A DNA stretch of 62,358 nucleotides, from the NCBI GenBank assembly GCA_050329955.1, contig JBHJOH010000050.1, positions 1 to 62,358 of the forward strand, given 5' to 3'. Of this stretch, positions 44,986 through 54,136 are shown piece after piece (the stretch's first letter is position 1; each line of letters starts with the position of its first letter). The DNA is from Acidimicrobiia bacterium (GTDB lineage: Bacteria > Actinomycetota > Acidimicrobiia > Spongiisociales > ZC4RG35). The translations under genes and the position numbers were made by a program. Below the pieces are notes generated by a model, which did not search any database, was not told the origin of the DNA, and was given only the letters and a program-made list of their open reading frames with translations.

Positions 44986-45057
44986 AGCCGAGGGGGGGAT
45001 TTGAACCCCCGACCTACGCATTACGAGTGCGTTGCTCTACCCCTGAGCTACCCCGGC
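44986..45057 (-). tRNA. tRNA-Thr (anticodon CGU)
   Basis: Folded by hand: GCCGGGG-TA-GCTC-AGGGGTA-GAGC-A-ACGCA-CTCGTAA-TGCGT-AGGTC-GGGGG-TTCAAAT-CCCCC-CCTCGGC plus discriminator. All four stems pair, with one G-U. CCA is not encoded. Confidence 0.9.
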
Positions 45058-45139
45058 GACGGTGGCGACAGGGTAGCGGCTCCAGCCCAGGGGTGAACCG
45101 GGATACGTTCTCGGCGGCGGGCTTGCTACCGTCCCATCG

Positions 45140-45718
45140 GTGGCAGATCAGGCGACTTTCGAACGGGACGCGATGGAGTACGCGCCGCAGTTGTTCACTG
45201 CGGCCATGCGTATGACCCGCAATGCCGCCGATGCCGAGGATCTCGTCCAGGAGACGTTTCTGAAGGCGTACCGGGCGTACGGCACCTTCGAGCAGGGCAC
45301 CAATCTCAAGGCGTGGCTGTACCGGATCCTGACCAACACCTTCATCAACAAGTACCGCCGGGATGCCCGTCGCCCACACGAGACCGATCTCGGTGAGGTC
45401 GAGGACCTGTACCTGTACCGACGCATCGGCTCGGAGCATTCGGCGGGTGCGGCTCGCAGCGTCGAGGATCTGGTGCTCGAGGGACTGGTCGAGGCCGACA
45501 TCAAGCGGGCGGTGGAGGATCTTCCAGAAACCTTCCGGATCCCGGTGCTGCTGGCCGATCTCGAGGGTTTCTCGTACAAGGAGATCGCCGACATCCTGGA
45601 CATCCCGATCGGGACGGTGATGTCACGGCTGCATCGGGGAAGAAAGGCGCTCCAGAAGGCGTTGTGGGAATTCGCACGGAGCAGAGGATTGCTCCCCGAC
45701 GAGGTCACCGATGTCTGA
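45140..45718 (+). CDS. sigH: ECF sigma factor, SigH/SigR-like
   Basis: Region 2 [42 protein letters not shown] and region 4 [25 protein letters not shown]. Followed by a ZAS anti-sigma gene. Confidence 0.8.
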   Translation: MADQATFERDAMEYAPQLFTAAMRMTRNAADAEDLVQETFLKAYRAYGTFEQGTNLKAWLYRILTNTFINKYRRDARRPHETDLGEVEDLYLYRRIGSEHSAGAARSVEDLVLEGLVEADIKRAVEDLPETFRIPVLLADLEGFSYKEIADILDIPIGTVMSRLHRGRKALQKALWEFARSRGLLPDEVTDV

Positions 45719-45953
45719 TCACTGCGACGAAGCGCTCGCCCATCTCTACACCTACCTCGATGGCGAACTCGACGACGATCTGATCGCCGAGCGGATTCGT
45801 GTCCACCTGGTCCAGTGTCCACCCTGCGATGATGTCTTCACGTTCGAGGAGCGCCTCAAGATCGCGGTCCGGACGAGGCTCCGTGAGGATGTCCCGGTCG
45901 AGGTGATCCAGCGGATCCAACTCGTGATCCGTTCCCAGTCGATCGAGGGGTGA
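45711..45953 (+). CDS. rshA: Zinc-binding anti-sigma factor (ZAS; RsrA/RshA-like)
   Basis: 80 aa. Contains C-x25-HLVQCPPC, i.e. the HxxxCxxC ZAS motif. 8-nt overlap with the sigma gene. Confidence 0.8.
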   Translation: MSDHCDEALAHLYTYLDGELDDDLIAERIRVHLVQCPPCDDVFTFEERLKIAVRTRLREDVPVEVIQRIQLVIRSQSIEG

Positions 45954-46018
45954 GGACCAGCTGGTCAGACCCGGCGACGACCATCACCTTCGGGGCAGCG
46001 GCTACTCTGTTTTCTCCC

Positions 46019-46333
46019 ATGCGCAGAACTCGTCTCCTGTCACTCGCCGTTCTCGTCGGAATGCTCGTCGTGCTCGCCCTTCCGGGGCTGGCGGTCGAGG
46101 AGACCCCCGAGCAGGCGTCGACAACCGAGACCACGGTCGCCGGCGAGTCCGGTCCGGCGCCCAAGCCACCTGCGGTGGTGCTGGTGGACGAGCCCGAGCC
46201 CGAGGTCCTTCAGCCATGGACCATCCGATACCTCATTCCGGCCTCGATCGTGATCGCAGGGCTGCTCACGTTCGGCACGGTGGTGCAGTACTTCCTCAAG
46301 GTGGTCCGGACCCGCTACAAGACGGTCGAGTGA
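46019..46333 (+). CDS. Small exported/membrane-anchored hypothetical protein
   Basis: Signal-like N-terminus MRRTRLLSLAVLVGMLVVLALPGLA and C-terminal TM IPASIVIAGLLTFGTVVQYF. Confidence 0.55.
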   Translation: MRRTRLLSLAVLVGMLVVLALPGLAVEETPEQASTTETTVAGESGPAPKPPAVVLVDEPEPEVLQPWTIRYLIPASIVIAGLLTFGTVVQYFLKVVRTRYKTVE

Positions 46334-47373
46334 CCGACGAGAGCCCCTGGCCGTTCGCCGGCCGGGTGGCTGGTGTCGTCGCCCGCACCTACGGGCTGGC
46401 GGATTCCTATCACTCCGACCATCTGGCTTCGGAGATGCCCGCCATCGTCGCATCCGCCAACGACATGGTTGCTGCCGAGACCGGGTTGGTGGTGCCGGGT
46501 CGCCCCGATGTCATCATCGTCGACCGCCGTGAGTGGGTGGCGCGCAACCTCGGCTCGTTCTCCGAATTGATCGAACCGGCCGAGCACCGCCTGGCCGACC
46601 GGATCGGAGTGGTTGATGACGACACCGCCCGTGATGTGGCCCGACGTCTGATGGCGGCCGAGACCGGCGCCATGCTCGGCTTTCTGGCTCGGCGGGTGCT
46701 CGGTCAGTACGAACTGGTGGTGCCGAGCGGTGGTGACGCCGATTCGATCGCCTTCGTCGGCGCCAACGTCCTGCAGATGGAGCGGGCCCAGCAGTTCCGT
46801 CCGTCCGAGTTCCGCATGTGGATCGCCCTCCACGAGGCGGCCCATCGGGCCCAGTTCGTCGGTGTCCCGTGGATGCGCCCGTACTTCATGGGTCTGGTCA
46901 AGGAGTTGGTCGAGTCTTCGGTGCCCGATGAGCGCCGTCTGTCGCGGCTGGTGGGGGAGCTGCGCTCGGCGCGTCGTGGCGGTCGTCCGATGATCGACGA
47001 ACGGGGATTGCTCGGCGTGTTCGCCACCCCCGGTCAGCGTGAGGCGCTCGACCGTGTGCAGGCTCTGATGAGCCTGCTGGAGGGTCACGGCCACGTTGTG
47101 ATGGACCGGCTCGGTGAACGGCTTCTGCCGGGGCAGCGGCGCATGTCCGCCCTGCTCAAGGCACGGAGGGCGGACCAGAAGACCGCACTGTTCTTCCGTC
47201 TCACCGGTCTCGAGATGAAGATGCGGCAGTACGAGACGGGCGAACGGTTCGTGATGGCGGTCGAGCGCCAGGCCGGATGGCATGCACTCGACGCCGCCTG
47301 GGCGGGGCCCGGGGCGCTGCCCGATCTCGCCGAGGTCGAGGATCCGACACGGTGGCTGAGACGCGTCGGCTGA
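46330..47373 (+). CDS. Zinc-dependent metalloprotease of the DUF2342 family
   Basis: HEAAH (HExxH) motif. Position upstream of tilS, as in other actinobacteria. GTGA overlap with the upstream gene. Confidence 0.7.
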   Translation: MTDESPWPFAGRVAGVVARTYGLADSYHSDHLASEMPAIVASANDMVAAETGLVVPGRPDVIIVDRREWVARNLGSFSELIEPAEHRLADRIGVVDDDTARDVARRLMAAETGAMLGFLARRVLGQYELVVPSGGDADSIAFVGANVLQMERAQQFRPSEFRMWIALHEAAHRAQFVGVPWMRPYFMGLVKELVESSVPDERRLSRLVGELRSARRGGRPMIDERGLLGVFATPGQREALDRVQALMSLLEGHGHVVMDRLGERLLPGQRRMSALLKARRADQKTALFFRLTGLEMKMRQYETGERFVMAVERQAGWHALDAAWAGPGALPDLAEVEDPTRWLRRVG

Positions 47374-48683
47374 GCCGGCTGGCCGAGCCGGCGATGACGG
47401 CGATGGCGGCGGTCCCGAGCGGTCCGGTGGTAGTGGCGCTGTCGGGGGGTGCCGATTCGGCTGCGGCCGCCTGGGTGTCGCAGGCCTCGAACCGGCCGAC
47501 CAGAGCGGTCCACGTCCACCATGGTCTCGCCCACTCCGACATGCTGGCCGGCGCGGCCGCCGGGGTGGCCGATCGCCTCGAGATCGATTTCGATATGGTG
47601 CGGGTCGAGGTCCCGGCGGGCGCATCGATGGAGCTGCAGGCCCGTCGGGCGCGGCTGGGGGCGTTGGAGGCCGCCGCTCGCTCGGGGGAGTGGGTCGTCA
47701 CCGGTCACACCCGCGATGATCAGGTCGAGACGCTGCTGATGCGGCTGGTGCGGGGGACGGGGCTCGACGGCCTGGCCGGCATCCCGGCCATCCGTCACCC
47801 ATTCGTGCGGCCCCTGCTGGGGTTGACCCGCAGCAGCACTCGGGAACTGGCCACTCTGGCTGGTCTCGCCTGGCGGGATGACCCCGAGAACCTGGCGCCG
47901 TATCACTTGCGCAACCGGATTCGCACCTCGCTGATCCCGGCCATGGAGGGGACGTTCGGGACCGCTCCCGCCGAGTCGTTGGTTCGGATGGCGAGGTTGA
48001 TCGCCGATGACGTAGCCGTGCTCGAGGAGGTGGCGCGCTCGCTTCCTTTCGAGCGACGCCCCGGGGAGGTGCGGCTGGCGATTGGGGCGATGTTGGCGGT
48101 TCCGCCGGCTGTGGCAGCTCGGGCGATCCGGGCCGCCTTCGTCGAGTTGGAGCCTCCGTACCCGCCGTCGGCGGCGGTCGCGGCGGATGTACTGGCCGTG
48201 GCGGGTGGTCGGCCGGGCTCGGCCGGAGCCGGAGGGGTGTCCGCCCGACGGTCCGGCCCGTGGTTGGTGCTGTCGGTGCCCGGGCCGGCCGAGCCGCCCG
48301 CGTCGTGCTCGATCCCCGTTCCGGGTAGCGGCTCATGGGGTGGGATCCGGATCGATGTGACGGTGGGGCCGCGGCCGGCGGTCATACCGCTCTCGTCGCT
48401 CGCTCTTGTGATGCCCGCACCGGGCGTTTCCCATCTGACGGTACGGGCGGCTACCCGTGATGACCTGATCCCGCTGGTCCGAGGCCACAAGCGGGTGACG
48501 GATGCCCTGGCCGAGGCGGGCGTCCCCGTCGAGGCCAGAGGCTCGCATCCGGTGGTCGTGGCGGGCGATAAGGTGGTGTGGATCCCAGGTGTGAGGCGGG
48601 CGGGTTGGGCCGTGGAGCCCGAAGGCAGCTACCTTTGCGCCGTCGCGATGGAGGAAGCCCAGTGGCAACGATACGAACGCTGA
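47352..48683 (+). CDS. tilS: tRNA(Ile)-lysidine synthase
   Basis: PP-loop VVALSGGADSAAAA. Start is GTG 47352 or ATG 47394. Confidence 0.85.
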   Translation: MAETRRLSRLAEPAMTAMAAVPSGPVVVALSGGADSAAAAWVSQASNRPTRAVHVHHGLAHSDMLAGAAAGVADRLEIDFDMVRVEVPAGASMELQARRARLGALEAAARSGEWVVTGHTRDDQVETLLMRLVRGTGLDGLAGIPAIRHPFVRPLLGLTRSSTRELATLAGLAWRDDPENLAPYHLRNRIRTSLIPAMEGTFGTAPAESLVRMARLIADDVAVLEEVARSLPFERRPGEVRLAIGAMLAVPPAVAARAIRAAFVELEPPYPPSAAVAADVLAVAGGRPGSAGAGGVSARRSGPWLVLSVPGPAEPPASCSIPVPGSGSWGGIRIDVTVGPRPAVIPLSSLALVMPAPGVSHLTVRAATRDDLIPLVRGHKRVTDALAEAGVPVEARGSHPVVVAGDKVVWIPGVRRAGWAVEPEGSYLCAVAMEEAQWQRYER

Positions 48684-49189
48684 TCTCTGCGGAGGAGATC
48701 GAGGCGAAACTCACCGAGATCGGTGCCCGGATCACCGAGGATTACCGCGACAAGGATCTGCTGGTCGTGGGCGTCCTCAAGGGTGCGTTCATGGTGATGG
48801 CCGATCTGTCACGCCACATCGGCCTGAACGTCGAGTTCGACTTCATGGCGGTGAGTTCGTACGGCGCTTCCACCCAGACATCGGGCGTGGTTCGGATCCT
48901 CAAGGACCTCGATCAGGAGATCGCCGATCGTCATGTGCTCATCGTCGAGGACATCATCGACTCGGGACTGACACTCAACTACCTGATGAAATCGCTGCGG
49001 GTGCGGAAACCGGCATCGATCGAGATAGCCTCGCTGCTGGTGAAACGCGGCATCCAACGTGTCCCCATCGAGGTGAAGTACCCGTGCTTCGAGATCGGCC
49101 CCGAGTTCGTGATCGGGTACGGTCTGGACTACGCCGGGAAGTACCGGAACCTCCCGTACGTGGGTGTGCTGGAAGGCGAGTTGGATTGA
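48662..49189 (+). CDS. hpt: Hypoxanthine-guanine phosphoribosyltransferase
   Basis: VLIVEDIIDSGLTL PRPP-binding motif. GTG start overlaps the tilS end. Confidence 0.88.
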   Translation: MATIRTLISAEEIEAKLTEIGARITEDYRDKDLLVVGVLKGAFMVMADLSRHIGLNVEFDFMAVSSYGASTQTSGVVRILKDLDQEIADRHVLIVEDIIDSGLTLNYLMKSLRVRKPASIEIASLLVKRGIQRVPIEVKYPCFEIGPEFVIGYGLDYAGKYRNLPYVGVLEGELD

Positions 49190-49356
49190 GCTGCCGCCAC
49201 CCGGGTGCGCTCCGAGGTTTCCTTTGCGTTCAGCTCGCCGTACCATGTTCAAACGGAGGAGGTCTTCGTCTCGGTTGCGTCCGGGCACGGCACTCCGCCT
49301 TCAACTCGACGCCGATCGCCTCATGGCGATGCCCTGAACCCAAGTAGAGACAAACC

Positions 49357-51282
49357 TTGAACCGCACGTTTCGCACCCTGCTGATCTATGGCCTCGTGTT
49401 CGTGGTTCTGGCGGTGGTCGCCCAGCAGTGGTTCGACCAGATCGCGGCGCCGGCGGAGATTTCGCTTTCCGAGTTCGAGAGCCGTCTCGACGAGGGCAAC
49501 ATCGAATCCGTGGTGATCCTGGAACGGAGCGACCGGGTCCAGGGTCGCATGGTGGACTCCGACGCAGCGGAGAGTGCTTTCGACTTCATCGCTCAGTACC
49601 CACCCGAGTACGAGGACGACATCACCCAGCGGGTGATCGCCTCGGGGATCGAGGTGGAGAACGACACCGAGCCGCCATCGTTCTTCGAGATCCTGATCGG
49701 GTTCCTGCCGTGGCTTTTCCTGATCGGCTTCATGATCTTCATCTTCATGCAGATGCAGGGGTCGGGAAACCGGGTCATGCAGTTCGGCAAGGCCAAGGCC
49801 AAGACAGTCAACAAGGATCAGCCCAAGGTCACGTTCAAGGACGTGGCAGGCATCGACGAGGCCATCGAGGAGCTGGAGGAGATCAAGGACTTCCTTTCCA
49901 GCCCTGACAAGTACCGGGCGTTGGGCGCCAAGATCCCCAAGGGCGTGCTTCTGTTCGGGCCTCCGGGGACCGGCAAGACCCTGCTGGCCCGTGCCATCGC
50001 CGGGGAGGCAGGGGTGCCGTTCCTTTCCATCTCCGGGTCGGACTTCGTGGAGATGTTCGTCGGCGTGGGAGCCAGCCGCGTCCGCGACCTCTTCGACCAG
50101 GCGAAGCAGACGGCGCCCGCCATCGTCTTCATCGACGAGATCGACGCCGTCGGGCGTCACCGTGGCGCCGGCCTCGGTGGTGGCCACGACGAGCGCGAGC
50201 AGACGCTCAACCAGCTGCTGGTGGAACTCGACGGCTTCGAGGGCAACACCGGCGTGATCGTGATGGCGGCCACGAACCGCCCCGACATCCTCGACCCGGC
50301 CCTGCTGCGCCCGGGCCGCTTCGATCGGCAGATCATCATCGATGCGCCGGACATCAAGGGCCGTGAAGGGATCCTCTCGGTGCACGCCCGCGGCAAGCCG
50401 TTCGACTCCGATGTCGAGCTGGCGTTGTTGGCGCGGCGGACGCCCGGTTTCACGGGTGCCGACCTCGCCAACCTGATCAACGAGGCTGCCCTCCTCACCG
50501 CCCGGCGCCGTAAGACCAAGATCGGCATGTCGGAGCTGGAGGAGGCGATCGATCGTGTCATGGCCGGTCCGGAGCGCAAGACCCGGGTCATGTCCGAACA
50601 GGAGAAGAAGCTGACCGCCTACCACGAGGGAGGTCACGCACTGGTCGGGTTCGCCATGCCGCATCTCGACCCGATCCACAAGGTCACCATCATCCCCCGC
50701 GGGCGGGCCGGCGGATACACCCTGGCGCTGCCCACCGAGGACCGCTACTACAAGCGCCGCTCCGAAATGGTGGATGAGCTCGCCTACGCCCTCGGTGGGC
50801 GCACCGCCGAGGAGATCGTGTTCGGTGACCCGTCCACCGGTGCATCCAACGACATCGAGAAGGCCACCCGGCTGGCCCGCCGCATGGTCATGGAGTTCGG
50901 AATGAGCGACCGTCTCGGCCCGATGAAGTACGGCCATGGTGGCGGTGAAGTGTTCCTGGGGCGGGACTACTCCCGACAGGCCGACTACTCCGACGAGGTG
51001 GCTTCGTGGATCGACGAAGAGGTGCGGGCGTTGATCAATGCCGCCCACGAAGAGGCCCGTCAGATCATCAACTCCCACATCGAGGCCCTGCACCGACTGG
51101 TCGACGAGCTGATGGAGCGCGAGACGCTCGGCCGGGACGAGGTCGCCGAGATCTTCCACGACGTGCCCAAGTGGGAGCACGCCAACGGTGGTGCCCTCAG
51201 AATCCAGCGTCCGACCGAAGTGGCACCGCCGAATGGGGGCATCGCCGCGGCGCATCAGAGCGAGCCGACCCGTTCCCACTGA
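49357..51282 (+). CDS. ftsH: ATP-dependent zinc metalloprotease FtsH (canonical copy, tilS-hpt-ftsH context)
   Basis: [33 protein letters not shown] start. Confidence 0.92.
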   Translation: MNRTFRTLLIYGLVFVVLAVVAQQWFDQIAAPAEISLSEFESRLDEGNIESVVILERSDRVQGRMVDSDAAESAFDFIAQYPPEYEDDITQRVIASGIEVENDTEPPSFFEILIGFLPWLFLIGFMIFIFMQMQGSGNRVMQFGKAKAKTVNKDQPKVTFKDVAGIDEAIEELEEIKDFLSSPDKYRALGAKIPKGVLLFGPPGTGKTLLARAIAGEAGVPFLSISGSDFVEMFVGVGASRVRDLFDQAKQTAPAIVFIDEIDAVGRHRGAGLGGGHDEREQTLNQLLVELDGFEGNTGVIVMAATNRPDILDPALLRPGRFDRQIIIDAPDIKGREGILSVHARGKPFDSDVELALLARRTPGFTGADLANLINEAALLTARRRKTKIGMSELEEAIDRVMAGPERKTRVMSEQEKKLTAYHEGGHALVGFAMPHLDPIHKVTIIPRGRAGGYTLALPTEDRYYKRRSEMVDELAYALGGRTAEEIVFGDPSTGASNDIEKATRLARRMVMEFGMSDRLGPMKYGHGGGEVFLGRDYSRQADYSDEVASWIDEEVRALINAAHEEARQIINSHIEALHRLVDELMERETLGRDEVAEIFHDVPKWEHANGGALRIQRPTEVAPPNGGIAAAHQSEPTRSH

Positions 51283-51301
51283 CGTCCGGGGGGGTGAGGA
51301 C

Positions 51302-52162
51302 GTGAGCGCATGGCGCCTGGCCGATCGCTCCATCGAGCTGGACCATCCGGTGATCATGGGGGTGCTCAACGTGACCCCCGACTCGTTCTCCGATGGCGGA
51401 GCGTTTTTCGGTATCGACAGCGCCCTCGAGCGGGCCGCCCGTTTGGTCGCCGACGGGGCCGAGATCATCGACATCGGTGGTGAGTCCACCCGGCCCGGCG
51501 CCGACCCGGTCTCGGCCGACGTCGAGATCTCCCGGGTGGCGCCCATCATCGAGCAGGTGTCCCGGACCGGGGTGGTGGTGTCGGTCGACACCATGAAACC
51601 CGAGGTGGCGAGAGCGGCGGTCGAGGCCGGAGCCCGGATCATCAACGACGTCACCGGCTTCGTGAACCCCGCCATGCGCCGGGTGGCGGCCGACACCGGT
51701 GTGGGAGTCGTCATCATGCACATGCAGGGCAGCCCCCGCACCATGCAGCTGGACCCCCACTACGACGATGTGGTGACAGAGGTGTGCGACCATCTCGCCG
51801 CTCGAGCGGCCCTGTGCGTGCTGGACGGGGTGGCGTCATCATCGATCTGTGTCGATCCCGGGATCGGATTCGGCAAGACCGTCGAGCACAACCTGGCGTT
51901 GCTCGACCGGCTCGACCGGCTGGTCGCACTCGGGTACCCGGTGATGCTCGGAGCGTCCCGCAAGAGCTTTCTCGGCAGGATTCTCGGCATCGAGGAGCCG
52001 GAGCTGCGCGACGGGGCGACCGCAGTGACCACCGCGCTGGGCGTCGACCGGGGAGCGATGGTGTTTCGGGTCCACGATCCGGCCCGTTCGAGGGAAGCGG
52101 CGGCACTCGCCTGGGCTATCGTTGAATCTCGCGTTCTCCGCCGTCACCCAGGCATGACATGA
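51302..52162 (+). CDS. folP: Dihydropteroate synthase
   Basis: IMGVLNVTPDSFSDGG, DIGGESTRPGA, DPGIGFGK. GTG 51302 after GGGGGGTGAGGA. Confidence 0.9.
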   Translation: MSAWRLADRSIELDHPVIMGVLNVTPDSFSDGGAFFGIDSALERAARLVADGAEIIDIGGESTRPGADPVSADVEISRVAPIIEQVSRTGVVVSVDTMKPEVARAAVEAGARIINDVTGFVNPAMRRVAADTGVGVVIMHMQGSPRTMQLDPHYDDVVTEVCDHLAARAALCVLDGVASSSICVDPGIGFGKTVEHNLALLDRLDRLVALGYPVMLGASRKSFLGRILGIEEPELRDGATAVTTALGVDRGAMVFRVHDPARSREAAALAWAIVESRVLRRHPGMT

Positions 52163-52647
52163 TCACCGGACTCAAGCCCAAAGGATTCACGTGGATCATC
52201 TCCGATCGTCTCGCTGTATCCGAACGGATCGGGGGGAACGGATTCCAGCATCGGAGGGTGCGACGCGAGGAAGAGATCAACTGGCTGGTCCGTGAGGCGC
52301 GTATCGCCACGGTGGTGAACCTGTTGCCGGGCAACCAGAACGTCCAGGCCTATGCCGCCGCTGGGATCGAGACGGTGTCGGTGCCGATCGGTCCCGATGT
52401 CGAGCGGGGAGATCCCGCCCGCCTCTATCGGGCCCTCGACGCCGCCCTCCGCGACCCGCATGCCCGGGTGCTGGTCCACAAGGAGACGATCGACGACGAG
52501 TTGGCCGGGATGCTCGGCGGGTACCTGATCTACTCGGGGCTCCTCAAGGACCGCATCATCGCCACCGCCGTCATCCAGGAGATCCTGGGCCGCGCCCTGG
52601 GACCGGAAGGGCGTTCGCTCATCCCGGAGCCTCCGGCGTCTTCGTGA
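52159..52647 (+). CDS. Dual-specificity-phosphatase-fold protein lacking the catalytic Cys/Arg P-loop, embedded in the fol operon
   Basis: The overall DSP pattern is present, but where HCxxGxxR(S/T) is expected the sequence is VLVHKETIDDELAG. ATGA overlap with folP and GTGA overlap with folB. Confidence 0.5.
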   Translation: MITGLKPKGFTWIISDRLAVSERIGGNGFQHRRVRREEEINWLVREARIATVVNLLPGNQNVQAYAAAGIETVSVPIGPDVERGDPARLYRALDAALRDPHARVLVHKETIDDELAGMLGGYLIYSGLLKDRIIATAVIQEILGRALGPEGRSLIPEPPASS

Positions 52648-53003
52648 CCGATACGATCGCCATCACCGGTTTACGGGTCTTCGCCCGGCACGGGGTTTTG
52701 GACCACGAGGAGGCAGCCGGCCAGGTGTTCGTGATCGACCTCAGGGTGCATGTCGACCTCTCCGAAGCCTGTGAGTCCGATCGTCTCGATGCCACGGTCG
52801 ACTACGGCACGCTGGCGAGCCGGGTGAGCGCACTGGTAGCCGGGGAGCGCTGGGATCTGATCGAGCGGGTTGCCCAGCGCATCGCCGATCTGGTGCTCAC
52901 GGATCCCCGGTGTGAGGCGGTCGATGTCACCGTTCACAAGCCCTCCGCCCCCATCAAATTCCCGTTCGGGGATGTGGCGGTATCGATTTCGAGGCATCGG
53001 TGA
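52644..53003 (+). CDS. folB: Dihydroneopterin aldolase
   Basis: ITGLRVFARHGVLDHEEAAGQVFVIDL...DYG...VTVHKP is the typical FolB pattern. Confidence 0.88.
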   Translation: MTDTIAITGLRVFARHGVLDHEEAAGQVFVIDLRVHVDLSEACESDRLDATVDYGTLASRVSALVAGERWDLIERVAQRIADLVLTDPRCEAVDVTVHKPSAPIKFPFGDVAVSISRHR

Positions 53004-53953
53004 CGCGGGCTGTCATCGCCCTCGGATCGAATCTCGGTGATCGTCTGGGGCTGCTGCGTTTGGCGGTGGCGGGTCTGGAGGAGTTGGGTACGGTGATCTC
53101 GGTCTCATCGCTGTACGAGACCGAGCCGGTCGGAGGTCCCGACCAGGGTCGGTACCTCAACGCCGCCGTGGTGCTCGACACCGATCTCGAACCGAGACCG
53201 CTGCTGGAGGCGTTGCTGGCGATCGAGAAGTCGGCTGATCGCATCCGCCATGTCCGGTGGGGGCCGCGCTCGCTCGATCTCGATATCGTCGCCTACGGCG
53301 CCGTGACCGTCGACGAGCCCGATCTGACCATCCCTCATCCCCGCGCCAGGGACCGCCGCTTCGTGCTGGACCCGGTCTGCGAGATCGCCCCCAACACGGC
53401 CGTCGCTGCCGGTATCACCGCCCAGCAGGCCCGACAGGATCTGGCGGCGGGAGGTGTGTTCCGCTGGGAGGGGGACTGGGTCGAAGGACACCCGAGGCTG
53501 GGATGGCGCGGCCAGGCGCTGGTGGCCGGGCAGTTCACCCTGTTCGTGGTGTTGGCGGTGGTGGCGGTGAGCACGGCCGACACCAGCCCGGTGATCTGGG
53601 CGGCGGCGGTGGGCATCGCCATCGCCCTGGTCGGGGGCCTGCTCGTGGTTGGTGCGGTGCTGGGGCTGGGCACCCAGCTCTCGGCGCTCCCCGACCCTCG
53701 ACCGGGTGGTGCCCTGTCCGATCGCGGCGTGTTCGGACTCGTCCGCCATCCGATCTACGGAGGTCTGTTCCTGGGTGGGATCGGGACGTCGATCACGCTG
53801 CAGACGTGGTGGCCACTCCCGGTCCTGGCCGTTCTGGCCGGGCTGCTCACGGTGAAGGCTGGGTTGGAGGAGCGGGCGCTCACCCTCATGTACCCGGACT
53901 ATCCCGAGTACGCCGCCCGGGTGCGTCGTCGCTTCATCCCATGTGTGTGGTGA
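53000..53953 (+). CDS. folK: HPPK (FolK) fused in frame to a membrane ICMT/PEMT-family methyltransferase-like domain
   Basis: N-terminal AVIALGSNLGDR...YETEPVGGPDQ...GPRSLDLDI...IPHPR (HPPK). C-terminal 4-5 TM segments with GLVRHPIYGG...EERALTLMYPDYPEYAARVRRRFIP (ICMT-family signature). Confidence 0.8.
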   Translation: MTRAVIALGSNLGDRLGLLRLAVAGLEELGTVISVSSLYETEPVGGPDQGRYLNAAVVLDTDLEPRPLLEALLAIEKSADRIRHVRWGPRSLDLDIVAYGAVTVDEPDLTIPHPRARDRRFVLDPVCEIAPNTAVAAGITAQQARQDLAAGGVFRWEGDWVEGHPRLGWRGQALVAGQFTLFVVLAVVAVSTADTSPVIWAAAVGIAIALVGGLLVVGAVLGLGTQLSALPDPRPGGALSDRGVFGLVRHPIYGGLFLGGIGTSITLQTWWPLPVLAVLAGLLTVKAGLEERALTLMYPDYPEYAARVRRRFIPCVW

Positions 53954-53980
53954 CGGCCCTGCCGGTCGGCTCCCGTCCCG

Positions 53981-54027
53981 AACTGGGGTCAGAATCGACC
54001 GCCAGGCGGTCGATTCTGACCCCAGTT
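53981..54027. repeat. 47-nt perfect palindrome (23-bp arms, 1-nt centre) flanked by 9-nt direct repeats GCCGGTCGG
   Basis: AACTGGGGTCAGAATCGACCGCC-A-GGCGGTCGATTCTGACCCCAGTT. Direct repeats at 53961-53969 and 54036-54044. Confidence 0.85.
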
Positions 54028-54136
54028 GGGTTCCGGCCGGTCGGTGGTCTGGCGGGCGGTGTGCTCGCTGTCGCAAATTGTTCATTCCCACGCTGTGGCG
54101 TTGCTGATACGCTGCCGGTCGGGAATGGAGGGGTCA

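Noticed and set aside
44986-45139. tRNA-Thr as an integration site for a genomic island.
   Set aside because: There is no integrase, no direct repeat of the tRNA 3' end, and the flanking genes (holB, sigH) are core. Only the repeat element lies next to it.
45058-45139. SigH/SigR-type autoregulatory promoter (GGAAT-N18-GTT) upstream of the sigma gene.
   Set aside because: Only a GGGAT with no correctly spaced GTT was found, so the case is not convincing.
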